Source of the DNA: Convolutriloba macropyga
Lineage: Eukaryota
Reading direction: 5' to 3'
Assembly: GCF_964194025.1 (NCBI RefSeq)
Contig: NC_134476.1
Location: forward strand, 20,026,001-20,090,000
Length of the DNA stretch: 64,000 nucleotides
Positions 50,844 through 64,000 of the stretch are shown in pieces. The notes beneath the pieces are model-generated. The model did no database searches. It had not been told where the DNA came from and saw nothing but the letters and a program-made list of their open reading frames with translations. The translations under genes were made by a program, and so were the position numbers. The stretch's first letter is position 1. Every line of letters begins with the position of its first letter.

Positions 50844-51071
50844 GAAACTTGATATCATCAACAGTACCTGTTCACGTCTGTGACGATTCAAATGGATGTT
50901 TCCCATGCGAGGGTGGTGACGAAAAACTCAAACTGACTGGAGTTCCAGGTTGGAACTATGTCATGTGTGAACAAATAGGAGACAGTTTGAAAATCATGAC
51001 AGCAGCTGACGACCTCTCAAGTGATGAAGCTAAATTGGGTGTTTGTGAAGTTGAAATCCTCTCACAACCAG
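50844..51071 (+). CDS. Same gene, FTP-like domain 1, second half
   Basis: ...CFPC...WNYVMCEQIGDSLKI...LGVCEVEI; TGTTTCAG acceptor, weaker GTCAAT donor, phase 1-1. Confidence 0.78.
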
Positions 51072-51174
51072 GTCAATTCATAAGATTTTCCGACTTTCAC
51101 AAAGATCTTTTAAACACAGTTTAGAATGAGACAAATTGAAACTGTTTAAAAAACTTTTTCTTGCGCTGAATCCT

Positions 51175-51414
51175 CCCGGGTAAACCAAAAGTTGTTATCC
51201 TAGAACTTGCCTTTTATGGATCCTTAATGTCATAGACGAAAATGGTAAGTTACAACTTTCCCATAAAGGAAAGTTCTATGCGTTACAACTTTAAAAGAAA
51301 GTTCTATGACTACAACTTTCTCCTGAAGGAAATTTCTATGATTACAACTTTTCATAGACGACATAATAGGAAGTTGTAATTTTAGAACTTTTTCAATTAT
51401 GAAGTAAACCCGGG
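51175..51414. mobile_element. 240-bp CCCGGG...CCCGGG MITE
   Basis: CCCGGGT / ACCCGGG termini, 2-bp TSD CT, internal repeats AGGAAAGTTCTATG..TACAACTTT. Confidence 0.75.
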
Positions 51415-52579
51415 CTACCACCTGGAGTGTAATTGAGTTATCTTTAGAGTTACTGTAGACATTGGGTTGTTATAAAAGGTGAATGTCAGCTACAGGCGAC
51501 TTTGTATCAATCTTAGCACCAAAGTTAAAACTACTTATAATGACTTTGGATAAACCGCAGAGAAAAGCAGCAGTCTATTTTATCGAAAGTTCCAATTTTG
51601 ATTCATGTAAATGATGATACAAAGAAATGGTTGATTAAAAATCAAATATTTGTAAGATATATTGACATATTATCTGTGTTCAGCCAACGGAAAACGTAAA
51701 AACATTTACTCATATCGATGTGTGTGATATCAAGCCGAAAACTGAGCCAAAAACCGTGTGTATTTAAATTGGAATAAAGCTTTATTTTTGTTGGTATCGT
51801 TGGTATGTTTGCTTTTCGAAAAAAAAAAAGAAAATCGTTGGCATGTTTGTATATAAAAGCAGGAAATCGTCGATATGTTTGGTTTCATATGCAAGAAACT
51901 GTAGGTGTAGCCATGATGGGTTTCAAAGAAAAACAAGTATTTGTTCTCCTATGGTAATAAAGATAATACAAGAGTGTGAAAAAGAGGTGACTGAATGTCA
52001 ATGGTTAAAATGTCTGCTAAGAACGAATGTTAGGAGAGTGTCAACATGTGAAACAAGCTTTTTCAAATTATTAACATGTAAGACAAATAAGATTGCGCCA
52101 TCTTTTCAAAAAAATCATGAACTTTCATTTTAGATTGATGAGAACAAAACGTTATAATGAGGTTTAAAAACAAAAATTTGGAAAATCTATAGGCCAAAGC
52201 CAAGCGTATCAAAATTTTCCTAATTTCTAACACCAACCTTTCTAAGCAACTCTAATGAACGATTTCAATATTAAAAATGGAAGATTCTTTTGAAATCTTA
52301 TGATCCAATTAATAAAGCTCGCCATCCAAATAATAACTCTGACGATCGCTATCATATTTTCTATCGCAATTGTTGTACTTTCTGTCAAAAACTACAATTT
52401 CTTATTTTTGCTTTATGTCCGCTTTACGAGCTCACAAACAAATGTTGCGGGACTTAGACTTAGTACTTTCGATCTAATTGTCACCACCATTCGCAAGAAT
52501 GAAAAGCTCATAAACAGAGTCAAACTAAGAGAGGGAAATAATCTATGCTGTGCAATCAAAGCAACTACTCTTTTTTTTT

Positions 52580-55500
52580 CATAGCCCACTTGTTTGGGGG
52601 AGGAACTAAATACTCAAACGGGTTTTTTTTGTTCAGACAATAATGGCCGATCGATATATTCATAGTAGAGAAATTTGAGTGGTATCAAAAAAACTCGTCC
52701 AGCGTAGAATTCGAAACTAAGAATTTTTTTTTGAATTTCGTTTTGTTTAGTTATCGAGGATTAGAGTTTTTTAACATAAGATTTTTCACATGATTTTGTT
52801 CACTTTCAGTATTAATTTTCCAAAATTAGGAATTTTTTTAATAAAAATATTGGTTCAGAATTACATTTCAGGCCACAAATACAATGAATTTTGAGTTCCT
52901 AATAGACGAAAGGCGATAAATAGAATATTTTGGTTCTCATAGAGAAGTTTACTGTCAACAAAACTCGAATTCTACTTGAGAGCTTTTTTTAGAAAACTTT
53001 TCATATTTTTTTGTTTTTTAAGTCGCCTAGAGACTAGTCATTTTTCAAACCAAGGCTCCGTTAATGTCAAACTTGGTTTACATTCTTATGAAGCTCAAGA
53101 ACAAAAACTTCGTTTTCAAGAAATCGCTTGTGTTTTTTTTGGCTTCAACTCGGAGTTTTCATAAATTTAAATGAAATTTTTTTTGAGGTTTTTCTAAACT
53201 TTGCAGTCCTATGGCAAGACTCGTTGACTAAACTTGCAATAGGTTTTATAATGAGTAATAAACGGATCTGTCTAGAGCTTTGAATGGGCAGCTAATGACT
53301 GTTGGGACTTTAAATAAAGATTTTTCGAGGAACTTTTTTTAATATTAACTGATAACCCAGAAACGAGAGGAACCCGTTTTTTTACTGCAACCAAATTGAA
53401 TCTTGTTAGCGGTGTTATGTTCTCACGATTTGTTAAATGACTTCAATGCCAAAAATTTAAAAATTAAATAAAACATTGGATATTTTGGTATTATTGGTCC
53501 CTCTTGACACTTTTCACTGAATTTTTGGTTTTTGCGTGTATTTGTTGTTGTTTCCATAGTCATATGACTGAGTGTGATATCCTATTGGTTACCTATGCTT
53601 GCGAAAAATCCTTTTCTTCAAATCAACGGAAAACTGAGCGTATTTATTGACTTTCGTTGAAAGCTCTTGAATTAAATGGCTGTTATGACTTTAAACATGA
53701 TTTTTTGAGAATTTTTTTTAACATTAAACAATCTCAATCCTTATTTTGTGAACTGTATTTCAGTTCAGTAATGACTGGACCTTTTTTTTCTGCTCCAACC
53801 AAAATTAATCGAGTTAAGGGTTTTCTGTTCCAACTATTTTTGTTATGACTTCGATGCACAGGTTTTCATAATTTTTTAAAAAAACTAACTGATTTTTTTT
53901 CGTAATTTTCATTCCTTTTTGGAATCTTATCAAACTATTTTAATATTGACAGATGCCTTGTCTTAGAGAAAACGTTCAATGGACCTTGCATAAAGTTTTC
54001 AGAGAAAATCTTACGGTTTAAAGGGCTTCGACACTTTCTTCTGGCCTTTTCTACTTATTTTAAGGGTTTTGCCGGTGTTTGTTGTGGTTTTCATAATCAA
54101 TGACTTTTGTAAGGTCATCTTGATGAATTATCAATGACAAACATCCGCGTCGTCTCATCGAGGCATAACTTAATGTAATTTTTAGCTTCCACTGAAAGCT
54201 ATTGAATTTATTGGCATTGTTGCTACGAGTTTTCTCAAAGTTTTTGTGGTTTTAATGTATTTGTTCATGTTTTTGGTTTAATTGGAGTCAAAATTTTGAA
54301 AGAAGAAACCCACTGCTTTTAAAAATTAATTGAGACTTGAAAAAATTACTGAAAAGTTTATTTTTTTAATGGCTTCGACTCTTTTCTCGTTCAATTTTTT
54401 GAATTTGGTGTGTTAGCCTGTTATCTTTAGGTAGCCGTTAAATGATGACTGGCCTCATAAGCTTGTATTTGAGGATTGGTTGAATAGTTTTATCCGAAGC
54501 AGTCAGTTTATAGTGAACTGTCTTAATGTTTATAATATTTTGCACTTTTAAGATTTCAAGGATTTTTCCATTTTTTATTTTTTTGTTGTTGTTTTCGCCA
54601 TTTTGTAACAAATTCTTATCATTGAGAGGTCCCATGCTATTCCCCGTCTTTTATAAAATATCATGTTTACTGATATTACGATCTAACTGATGTTTTAATT
54701 GTTAGACAATCTGCATGTTCATAAAAAGTTGTGTAAGTAGTGTGTTTGTGTTTCTTTTTCTCCTCCTTTAGCACAATCGCGTATTGATGGAACCAAATGA
54801 TTTTCAAATTTGGCTGAACTCAACCTATTTCCTCATTCAGCATAATTTTAGCTGAATTTTTTCAAATACAATTGAATTAAAAAATATTTGAAAATCTGAT
54901 AATAGCTAATGATTTGTTGTTCGTAATATATTAAGTTTCTCTTTATTTATAGTTCATTCCTAAGGCTTATTTTAACCAAAGAAAGGTCCTATTGGTTTTA
55001 ATATGACTTTTTAGAAAAATTATCTACAGTTATTCTGTTAAAAGCTAATGAGTTTTCAAGACTTGAAATTATTTGTTTTCTTCTTTTTGTCAGCTTGTTA
55101 CATATTCTCATTAAGGACAAATCCCCTCTGCTATGTTGTTAGGAAAATTAAATTTGTGTATTTAGGGTTTTGTCTGATTGTAATTTGACGTTGCTAACGT
55201 TGTTACTAGGTGCATTTATATTTAGATATTAGAGTCCTGGCGTGAAGNNNNNNNNNNNNNNNNNNNNNNNNNNNNNNNNNNNNNNNNNNNNNNNNNNNNN
55301 NNNNNNNNNNNNNNNNNNNNNNNNNNNNNNNNNNNNNNNNNNNNNNNNNNNNNNNNNNNNNNNNNNNNNNNNNNNNNNNNNNNNNNNNNNNNNNNNNNNN
55401 NNNNNNNNNNNNNNNNNNNNNNNNNNNNNNNNNNNNNNNNNNNNNNNNNNNNNNNNNNNNNNNNNNNNNNNNNNNNNNNNNNNNNNNNNNNNNNNNNNNN

Positions 55501-55700
55501 NNNNNNNNNNNNNNNNNNNNNNNNNNNNNNNNNNNNNNNNNNNNNNNNNNNNNNNNNNNNNNNNNNNNNNNNNNNNNNNNNNNNNNNNNNNNAAAGCACG
55601 TTGCAATGAGGCATGAGTTTAGTCAAAAATGTAGATGAGCGCGGCTCGGAACATCATGTGCAAATGCATAATAACGAGGCTCCTTGTTTCATCTTCTTCT
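52580..55700 (+). mobile_element. Helentron-like element D (spans a gap)
   Basis: GGGGGAGGAACTAAATACTC left end (subTIR eroded); GCGGCTCGGAAC (55641-55652) then TGTGCA-AA-TGCATA hairpin. Confidence 0.55.
55248..55592. other. Assembly gap
   Basis: Run of 345 N. Confidence 1.
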
Positions 55701-57099
55701 CAATAGCGTGTAGGCACCCAATTTGCTAATTAATCAAGGTCACCCCTCATTTTTTTTATTTATAACTATTTCATATGTGAGTTTTAGTAATCATAGAATG
55801 AACTACATGATTTGTATGATTTCTTAACCAGTCAAACAAGGATCATATATGGTTTCCAAGGAACCAAACGAAAATTTTTAAACCAATGATTTTCATTGTA
55901 TTCAATTGTGGTAAAAGTTGAAGAACTCATAGAAGGTCAAAAACACGCCAAACAATGACTGGCGCCAGATTTTTATCCATAAATTAGTCATTATAAATTG
56001 GCATTGAATATATCGAATGTGCAGTCTACATGTGATTGCGTGGCTGCACCGCAACAGTAAATTCTAACCAGTGCCGGCTTTTTTAAAAGCAGGTTTTTTA
56101 GAACTGTTGATATGAAAGTACCTCATTAACGTAAAATCTGGTCAACCACTCAATCAAGAGCTATTAGGAAGATGCTAATGATTCCTACATTTCTCGTTTC
56201 CTAAGAGGATTATGATGGTTCGTTTGAGTTTCCAAACCGTAAAACTTTAAGGCTTCGGGCCATATGTAAAAACTTCTATGCAAGAATGCTAATGTGAAAA
56301 TATGCATTGCTTTTTTGAATGAGGAAAATTCGCTACGAAAAAAGGTCACTTTCTATCTATCACCAACTATTAAAATAAAGGTGGTGTCATTTTCATTTGA
56401 CTGTTTTTCAGTTCTATCCACGGATGAGTTTAGTTATGCATTAGTTACCACCCTCAACCTGACTTTTGGACTCTTTATTGAATATAGTGAAAAAAGAGCT
56501 GCTCTAGATCAGAGGCGAACTGATTTTGCTTTACTTTGATAATGAGATCCAGGATCATTTATGCAAGTTTGAAGCACATTTACAAAAAAAATGCTATCAG
56601 CCTTAATAGAGCTCATTTGTATAGCGATATCTAATGTTACGAACAGCATTAACAGCAGAAAGTAGGTGTTAGAGTTGACGTCGGCTTGATTCCCGAATGC
56701 AAACGATATCGATCACAACTGTATAGCCTCCGGCATGAGCAGTACTGCTCTTGGTCAGTCCATCCAAACAAATAACACTGCTAGTGACATTAATATTTTG
56801 CATTTTGTGAATTTTTGTACCTGTTCCTTTTTTGGTAAACTGACATTCAAAATCAGACACAGACGTCTCAATTCAACTATCCGGCAAAAAGCGCGACACC
56901 TTTAATTGGGATCGTTAATAGTAGGAATAATTTTAAATATTCTGCACTAACAAATTAGAAACAGGAATGATTGTTTGTAATTCAAAACTGTTTGCCTATG
57001 ACCAAAAGAAACACCCGAAGTCAAGCTTGAATGACGTTTTTACATATACATGCTCACAAAACACAATAGATGACAATTTTAAATGACGTTTATTTATAG

Positions 57100-57345
57100 T
57101 GGCGCCTGTGGGTTCACGAGTTTTGCCCATTCGAGGAGCTTTCTATTCTGGCGAACAGTCTCAACTTCTGGACAACCAATTGACCAGTGTTATGGATAAC
57201 ATTGACAATGTTCAAATTAGCAGCTGTATGCAATTAGTGGAGACAGATCACTTTACAAAAGAGCAAATCTATCGCAACCTAACCGTTGAAGTTGACCTCA
57301 ATTTTGTGGGCTATATACAAGTTCTAGCACCCAATCACGATTCCG
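57100..57345 (+). CDS. Same gene, FTP-like domain 2, first half
   Basis: SVMDN...SSCMQ...LTVEVDLNFVGYIQVL; TTTATAG/GTTAGG, phase 1-1. Confidence 0.7.
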
Positions 57346-57754
57346 GTTAGGTTTTTTAAATCTAAAGCTACTCATATTAATAGTGGCAGGATACAACTCT
57401 GTTTTCCCTATTCAAGTGCTTCCCCACGCTATGCAGTTAATTTAAAATAACTTTATTTACTTTCAGTTAATTAATAGTTATATTCAATTTTGAACCAGCA
57501 AGCGCCAATGAATGAAATCAAAGTAATTCTTTTGCAACCGAGTTTGATGTTTGGCAAAAACGTCTATCTTTTCCCATCTCTGTTTCAAACCCAAAAATAC
57601 TAAAATTTGCTACTAGTCTAAGGAGTCAAAACAAAACGCAACCAAATCTCACCGCGGTTTCTCTAATCTAAACCCATTTTTTCTTTTGCTTCTAGTTCAT
57701 ATAAAAAATTGTCCTATCTTTCGGACAAATAAAATGACTTTATTTGATCTTTAG

Positions 57755-57979
57755 TCACGTCCATGGGTGCCTTGCAGACTTCCCAGTGTTTCCTGGACTC
57801 CACCTGCAGTGTGTGTGGTACCCTGGATGGTGCATTCAAAGGTGCCTGGATATCCACGATGTGTGTGGGCGGATCAAATGATGACCTGAAAGCTGCAACA
57901 AGTGTTAAAATATCTCCAAACACAGGTCACCGTCGAATTACAGAAGATCTCTATATATGTGGGATTGACGTTTTTGAAA
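57755..57979 (+). CDS. Same gene, FTP-like domain 2, second half (the gene continues beyond)
   Basis: TCSVCG...WISTMC...SVKI...LYICGIDVF; CTTTAG/GTAAGT, phase 1-1. Confidence 0.75.
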
Positions 57980-58324
57980 GTAAGTCTACATATTGATCTC
58001 ACACAACTTTGTATCCAAATCATTTTTTCCGCGTCTTTTTTTTGCAAAGGTCATTTTTCGTGTATTCAATTTTTTGTCTAACTTATTTGAATCTCCTCTG
58101 ACTTTTTTGAAAGTGTTTGTGTGATCTTATACTGCCAGATTTCTGAACAGTTTAACCATTAATATATGTGGGAAAATGGTATACCATTTCCATATATGTG
58201 GGATGCTTCAGCCCTTTACAGCTTGAACGCTTTCGCGACCTAGGCTGAGCTCAATTTGCAGAAGGACTCCCAAAGCTATTTTCTCACATTTTTGTGCCAA
58301 ATTTTGCTACCTATTGCTTCAGAT

Positions 58325-59183
58325 TGCATCGAGAGAAAATCGGAAAAATAAGTAAGATAAGCGATGAAAAGTTGGTTTTTTCACCGCAAATTTTGTACAT
58401 AAACTTGCGATGAAATGCGGTGAATGCGGTAAAATTATGTAAGTTCACCGCTAGAGTAAGCCGTGAATTTACAAAAATGCCGCCCTTTCACCGCTTACTG
58501 CAAGTTACCGTCCTTGTGTGGATGCGAACCTCGCACCTCTTGCATGGCAGCAACTTCTTCTTCCACTGCGCCATTTCCCACGCTAATCTTTAATATTTGG
58601 TTTGAAATTATATCAAATTCACTCTCCTTTATGTAAATCATACGCGATGAATTTTTGTAAGATAAGCGATGAAATTACAAAGTTGAGCATTCAAATGTGG
58701 TACATGCGGTGAAATTTTGTAAGTCCGGCGCTTACTCCAGTGGTGAAATTACATAAATTCACCGCTTAAAAAAGTTTCAAAAAGATGTATGATTATTCGT
58801 GGGTAAATTTTCCGTGCGTCGTTTAAAAATTTATCTTAACTTTGTTGAACAAAAGAAAATTCGAAACGTTTTCTAAGCGGTAAATTTGTGTTGTTTCACC
58901 ACTAAGTTAATCGGTGAAATTGTGTAATTTCATCGCTTTGACTGCTGATCTCACACAACTTTAACATTTTTTCAAAGCGGTGAATTTTTGTAACTTCACA
59001 GCTAAATTCAGCGGTTAAATTATGTAAATTCACTGCTATCTGGCGGTAAAGTTTTTTCCACCTCATTCACAACCTGATTTATATAACTTCACCGCATTCA
59101 CCGCATGTCTTACCAAATTATCCGCATTCACCGCTTATCTTACATAATTTTGGGTTGAATGGCGGTGAAACTTCGACCCCGGG
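58325..59183. mobile_element. CCC...GGG MITE copy 2
   Basis: Same TTCACCGC-rich body; right end CTTCGACCCCGGG; left TIR eroded. Confidence 0.75.
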
Positions 59184-59327
59184 ATTACTCTATTTTGTTT
59201 TTTCGTTTGCTCTACGCGTTGAAATTTAAAAAAAATCGTTCATTCCTCTTTGAGAGGAACACCTGTACTTGGAAAAACCCACAATTTGATAGCTGCTCCA
59301 GGTGACTGCAAAATTCGTAGAAGAAAT

Positions 59328-59443
59328 TCACAATTTACAAATCTTTCTTTTTTTCAAACCATTCCAGGGCTGACGCTTAAACCTATAGTTTCAAGCGTCA
59401 GTCTCGAAATAATCTGAAAAAAATGAAATTTTGTTAATTGTGA
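59328..59443. repeat. Small imperfect palindrome
   Basis: CTGACGCTT.AA.CTATAG.TT.AAGCGTCAG core with outer arms TCACAATT...AATTGTGA. Confidence 0.7.
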
Positions 59444-60966
59444 TTATAAACTTTTTCTTAGAAATTGGACCTCAGGAATCTAAGGAGCTTTTTAAGACCG
59501 TTATCGATAATTTGTCAGTCTATTGACAATTTTCATGAAAAGAATTGAATCTGAAGTGAAATTTGAATGCATGAAAGATATCCGTACAATAACTTCTTTC
59601 AAAAAAATTGTGAACTTAGTTCTCATTAATAGAGCCTCTATATACATGAGTTATTGATGGAAAAAGTTATTGAAATTGTTAGATTGATCAAATTGCACTA
59701 ACTCTAATTTCGGACTCTGTGCATTTCGCACTAAAACGCTTGCTTTCACTTTTTCTGTTCAAAATGAGGATCATGAAAATTTCACAAGTCTTTTGAACAT
59801 GACCATTTAAATTTGCAAATGGCAATTTTAGATGCGCATCCTTATTAGAATTGAATCAGCTTTTAAAGAATATCTTTTCTCGCTTATCCAAAATCTTTTT
59901 TTTTCTCTAATTGCGTTTATCACTCATCGACTGTAGATTTAATGGAAAGATTTTTTTCGATCCCCATACATAGTAATAATTTGCCAAAGTTTACAAAAGC
60001 AAAGTTATAAGTGAATTATTGTCTGATGTGGTCTGTCCTATGCTCTCTTATTGCCTAATAAATGTGCTATCTCAGACCTGATAATGACATGTAATACTAA
60101 CAGCTCTATTTGAACCTGGTACTGTCCTCCCCGAAAGAAAAGCAAAAGAAAAATATTACAGTCTCGGTGGTGAAAACTCAGACAGTTTTTCTTCTGTTTC
60201 AATCCTCAAGCGAGTTTTCACTGGAATCACTTTCAAATAAGTCTCCTTTTTGACAAAATTATCCAAGATTTTTCTGCTGGGTATCTTTTTCTTGCAAAAA
60301 TTTTAGATGATCTTAATCAAACAGTTATAGATTTAGTCGGAAAAACATAACGGATTTTTTTAGGGCTGAGCAGACAGTTAACAAACAATTTCTTTCAAAA
60401 AAATCTCAAAGATAGGTGACAATTTTTTTGGATCAATTTTTTTCTAACAACACAAACCAATCAACTCTTATGAGCTTCTAGAGTGACTCAAGTCAACTTA
60501 AAGTTTCTGTGAAATCACCGAGTTAAAATTGGAAAATTTTAAATCACTAATTGGTGGATAGTTTTCAATGAAGACAGTTATTTTTTTGATCTAGCATTTG
60601 AATTAAGTTTTGGTAATCCTGTAAGTGCTGACTCAATTAGTCAATTGCTAACGCAGCTAATTTTGTTTTCGTTAGTAAAATTGTTCATTGTTTTGTTTTC
60701 GTTAGTAAAAGTCGAGAGGGATGCAATTTTAAAGACAATTTTTGAATCGAGTCAATTTTTTTGATCCTTACTTCTCAAATTTAGAAAAAAATGAAATGCA
60801 AAAATTTGAGTTTATGCAACTTAAATGCTTTTTACCAAATAATTGCCGGACAAAAAGATGTTTAACTTTCCTATGATTATCTTTTAGATGCAATCATTGT
60901 TCATTCGGTTACAACCGAACACACTAGTGTATCACTTAAAAAACGGCTGCTCACGATTATTTTTCC

Positions 60967-61769
60967 CCCGGCTTGAGAAAAAAGCGGATTATACTTATGA
61001 TAAGATATCAAAAGTTGTTTTTTTTTCACCGCAAATTCCGAACTTAATTTTGCGCAGAAATGCGGTAAATGCGGTTAAATTATGTAAGTTCACCGCTAGA
61101 GTAAGTGTTGAACTTACAAAAATTCATCGCATTTCACCGCTTACTACAGGGTACCCTAGTTGCACGGAGACGAACCTCGTACCTCAACCACTTCTTCCTC
61201 TGCGCAATGTCTCACTAAAATATAGCATATTTGTTTTGAATTTAAATCAAATTTAATCGACTTTTTGTAAAAATTACGCGTTGAACTTTTGTAAGATTAG
61301 CAGTGAAATGTTGTGATTCTTTGTAAATTCCCTGCCTAATCTAGTGGTGAACTTACATAAATTCACCGCTTCAAAAAGTTTAAAAAAGATGTGATTATTT
61401 GTAGGTAATTTTTTTTAATTGTGTTTTATTTTGTTGAACAAAACAAAGAAATCGAGGCGTCTTCTGAGCTGTGAATTTATGTAAGATCATCACTAAATTG
61501 AGCAGTGAATTTTTGTAATTTCACCGCTACCAGGCGATAAATGTTTTTTTCACCGCATTCAACGCCTGATTTAAGTAATTTCACCGCATTCACCGGTTAT
61601 CTTACAAAGTTTTCCGCCTTCACCTCATATCTTACATAATTCATATCTTACATTTAAACTCATATCTTACATTTAAACTCATATCTTACAAAACTCATAA
61701 ACTCATATCTTACATTTAAACTCATATCTTACATTTTTGCGTTGAATGGCGGTGACACCTCAACCCGGG
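60967..61769. mobile_element. CCC...GGG MITE copy 3
   Basis: TIR CCCGGCTTGAG / CTCAACCCGGG (10/11), 2-bp TSD CC; internal AACTCATATCTTACATTTA tandem expansion at ~61625-61735. Confidence 0.8.
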
Positions 61770-62689
61770 CCAGATCTTTAGTTTGAAAAAAAAAGAACGA
61801 AGTAGGTGAAATCATTCAAAATGAGTGTCTGTCGTTGAAAAATGTCAAAGATTGTAAATGAAAGCTTTTGGTAAGTCACAATTGTTTGCTAAGAAACTTT
61901 GAAAACAGCGGAACAAAAACAAAATCTTTTAAGAGCAGATTCACTTGTTCAGATAACAGAACAAAGGAATCGACGGTATGCTTTGTTTGTTCGGAACATT
62001 TTCTTAGTTCGGAGCATATAATTTGTTCAGTATTGAACGAATGAACTCTTCATTAAGTTTTTGGTTCCGAAAACTTAGGTATACTCGATTCTTAAACGTA
62101 GAAAACAATCTGCATGATACGTCGGCTTTTTTTTCAACGGATAGATTGTGTTCTTTGTTTATGTTTTTTTCATTGGTTTTGATTGCTTTCTCTATGCAGG
62201 AAATTGAAATGAACTTCAGGAGAAAAGCTCTGAAGGATGGAAATTTTTATGAAAATTCTTCTTTTGCTCGTGTGCAAAACTAGTTTAATAACTGAAACTT
62301 TCTTGTTTTTCTTTATGTTCTTGTTTGAATTTTTTTAATTCTGCCATTTTTTCGAGTTTTGATTTAAAAATAAAGGAAGTTTACTTATTCTTACAAACCT
62401 TCTTATGTTTTTTTACAACTAATGAACTAACTGCCGTAGAAGTAAGGTAATCCATTAGAAACTCTAATACCTTTATCATCAAATTTTATCATCAAAATTT
62501 TTGTTAGGTCTAAATGAGGATAATTTACCAAAACATTTTACCATAAAATGTATCATTTTTCTTTTATATATCTCTCAGTTAAAAATAATTGATCAATATT
62601 ATTACCACTATCCATTAGTTTCTTATGTTACCATCATCAAAAAATTTTTAAAATTCTTGAAATCTTCATACATTGTTCAGCGTTATTAA

Positions 62690-63100
62690 ATATGCTCCAT
62701 GCATCTCTTTAGCTTGTGTTGTAAGGCTATCTTTAAAATATTGTGAAGAACAAAATGTAAAACTAATTTTTTCTGCGAAACATTGTTAACATGTACTTTT
62801 ATTTTTTTTCGAAAAGTGCTATAAATTTGATAATGAAAAGTGTTGGTTCGGGTAAAGTCAGAGTGCACTGCGTCTAGTTTCTTCCATTTTAACTACAAAA
62901 ACAATCTTCAGTTTCTTTCATTTTATCTTCGTGATTAAATTCACACTGCCCTTCAAGCCTTGCCTGTTCGTTGTTGTCGATCAGTCTGCATTCCAAGAAC
63001 TCTGCTATTATGTTTTCAGCTATTTTATTTCTAAGAGAACTGTTATCTGTTTCAAACTTTTGGATCGAAATTGAACATATCAACTAATTGTAAGTTCTTA
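62690..63100 (-). pseudogene. Probable SGNH-type LINE ORF1 remnant
   Basis: ICSISIQKFETDNSSLRNKI...CRLIDNNE, then in a shifted frame KLDAVHSDFT, resembling the IDN...DGVHPN ending of SGNH domains. Confidence 0.4.
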
Positions 63101-64000
63101 CTTTTCTAATTTTTAATTCTAAGTTCAAAATTTATTTTATTTAGAGATAGCGCCACTAGCAACTTCATTACAAGAGTTAACAGTATTTCTAACACTTTTT
63201 GCTGATTTAATAAAATTCTGTTTTTTTAGTTATCATTTAGTTATCAAGGATTTAGTTGTCATTTTATCAAACTTGCTTCTTCTTAGCTCAGTTATATTTT
63301 TAACTATAATGTCTTATTTTTTGGAGGAGGACAAAAAATTGTCATCTTAGTACCCTTCATTTTTAGCGTCTTTCATTTTTGTGTGAGTGTGTAAATTCTT
63401 AATTCATAGGTGTATCTCATGTCAAAGTTATTTTTATCTTTATCTTTCATGAACAATTAGTTAGCCATACTTGTTTATAGACTCTATATACTTGATTGAT
63501 TCTGTTTCTTGTCATTTTTTTACTTGTTTACAATCAGAATTGTATTCAGCTTGCTTAATATTCAGGGTAACTGATTCACCGGTGACCGAATGTCTATGGT
63601 TTGTTATTCCAATACCTTAGTAGTGGATTCAAAATCCAAATCAAAATTTAATAATTCTTGTTTATAGTTTTTACTTTCTATTATTTCGCCATCGATATCT
63701 TCTATTTTAATATGTTGGGGTCCTGTTTTTTGAACTACATTAACTTAAAATATTTCCCTAATCCAATCGGATGTATATCTTTTAGCAAAATTCTTTTGTT
63801 TATCAGCTTTTCTAACTTAATCACGAACTTCGAGTTTTGGTTTAAGTTTATTCACACTTTTTTTTTGTGGGAATTGGACCATGATACTCCATCTAATCTT
63901 TTCAAGATTGTTTGATGCGTCAACGGTTGTCATATTGATTGCTGAATGTTTTTTATTATATTATGTTATTTTCTGCGTCTTCTAACAAATTTAGTTCTAT

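Noticed and set aside
48986-55626. Long ORFs made of X residues
   Set aside because: Artefacts of the N gaps.
60888-60976. Terminal exon of the lectin-like gene (NAIIVHSVTTEHTSVSLKKRLLTIIFPPA*)
   Set aside because: Acceptor is plausible but there is no domain signal and the stop falls inside a MITE.

Overview
AT-rich, intron-containing, transposon-dense DNA that reads as an invertebrate animal genome (inference; not prokaryotic). Left third: the 3' half of a decayed Ty3/Gypsy element (pol 1-3783, PPT, LTR 3957-4448) and a second Gypsy integrase remnant. Next is an internally deleted minus-strand BEL/Pao LTR element (6650-14456, ATCAT TSD). Its ~2.65-kb 5' leader carries four regularly spaced, conserved 39-bp hairpin repeats separated by divergent ~120-bp spacers, a 32-37-bp hairpin minisatellite and a decayed C4 zinc-finger ORF. 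The leader, 5' LTR and 1.2 kb of flank are tandemly triplicated (~3953-bp unit, 11710-23566); the middle copy is a mosaic of the outer two. The flank holds a spliced, damaged gene joining an integrase-type H2C2 zinc domain to an OTU-like protease with no integrase core. The right 35 kb is a + strand gene for a secreted protein (signal peptide, PAN-like, EGF, two F-type-lectin-like domains; eight exons found, all introns phase 1). In and around it lie a CR1/L2-type LINE with a 2A-like motif, four Helentron-like elements, CCC...GGG MITEs carrying a tRNA-like core, and a 700-bp foldback. There are two assembly gaps. All calls are from manual reading; no searches were run.
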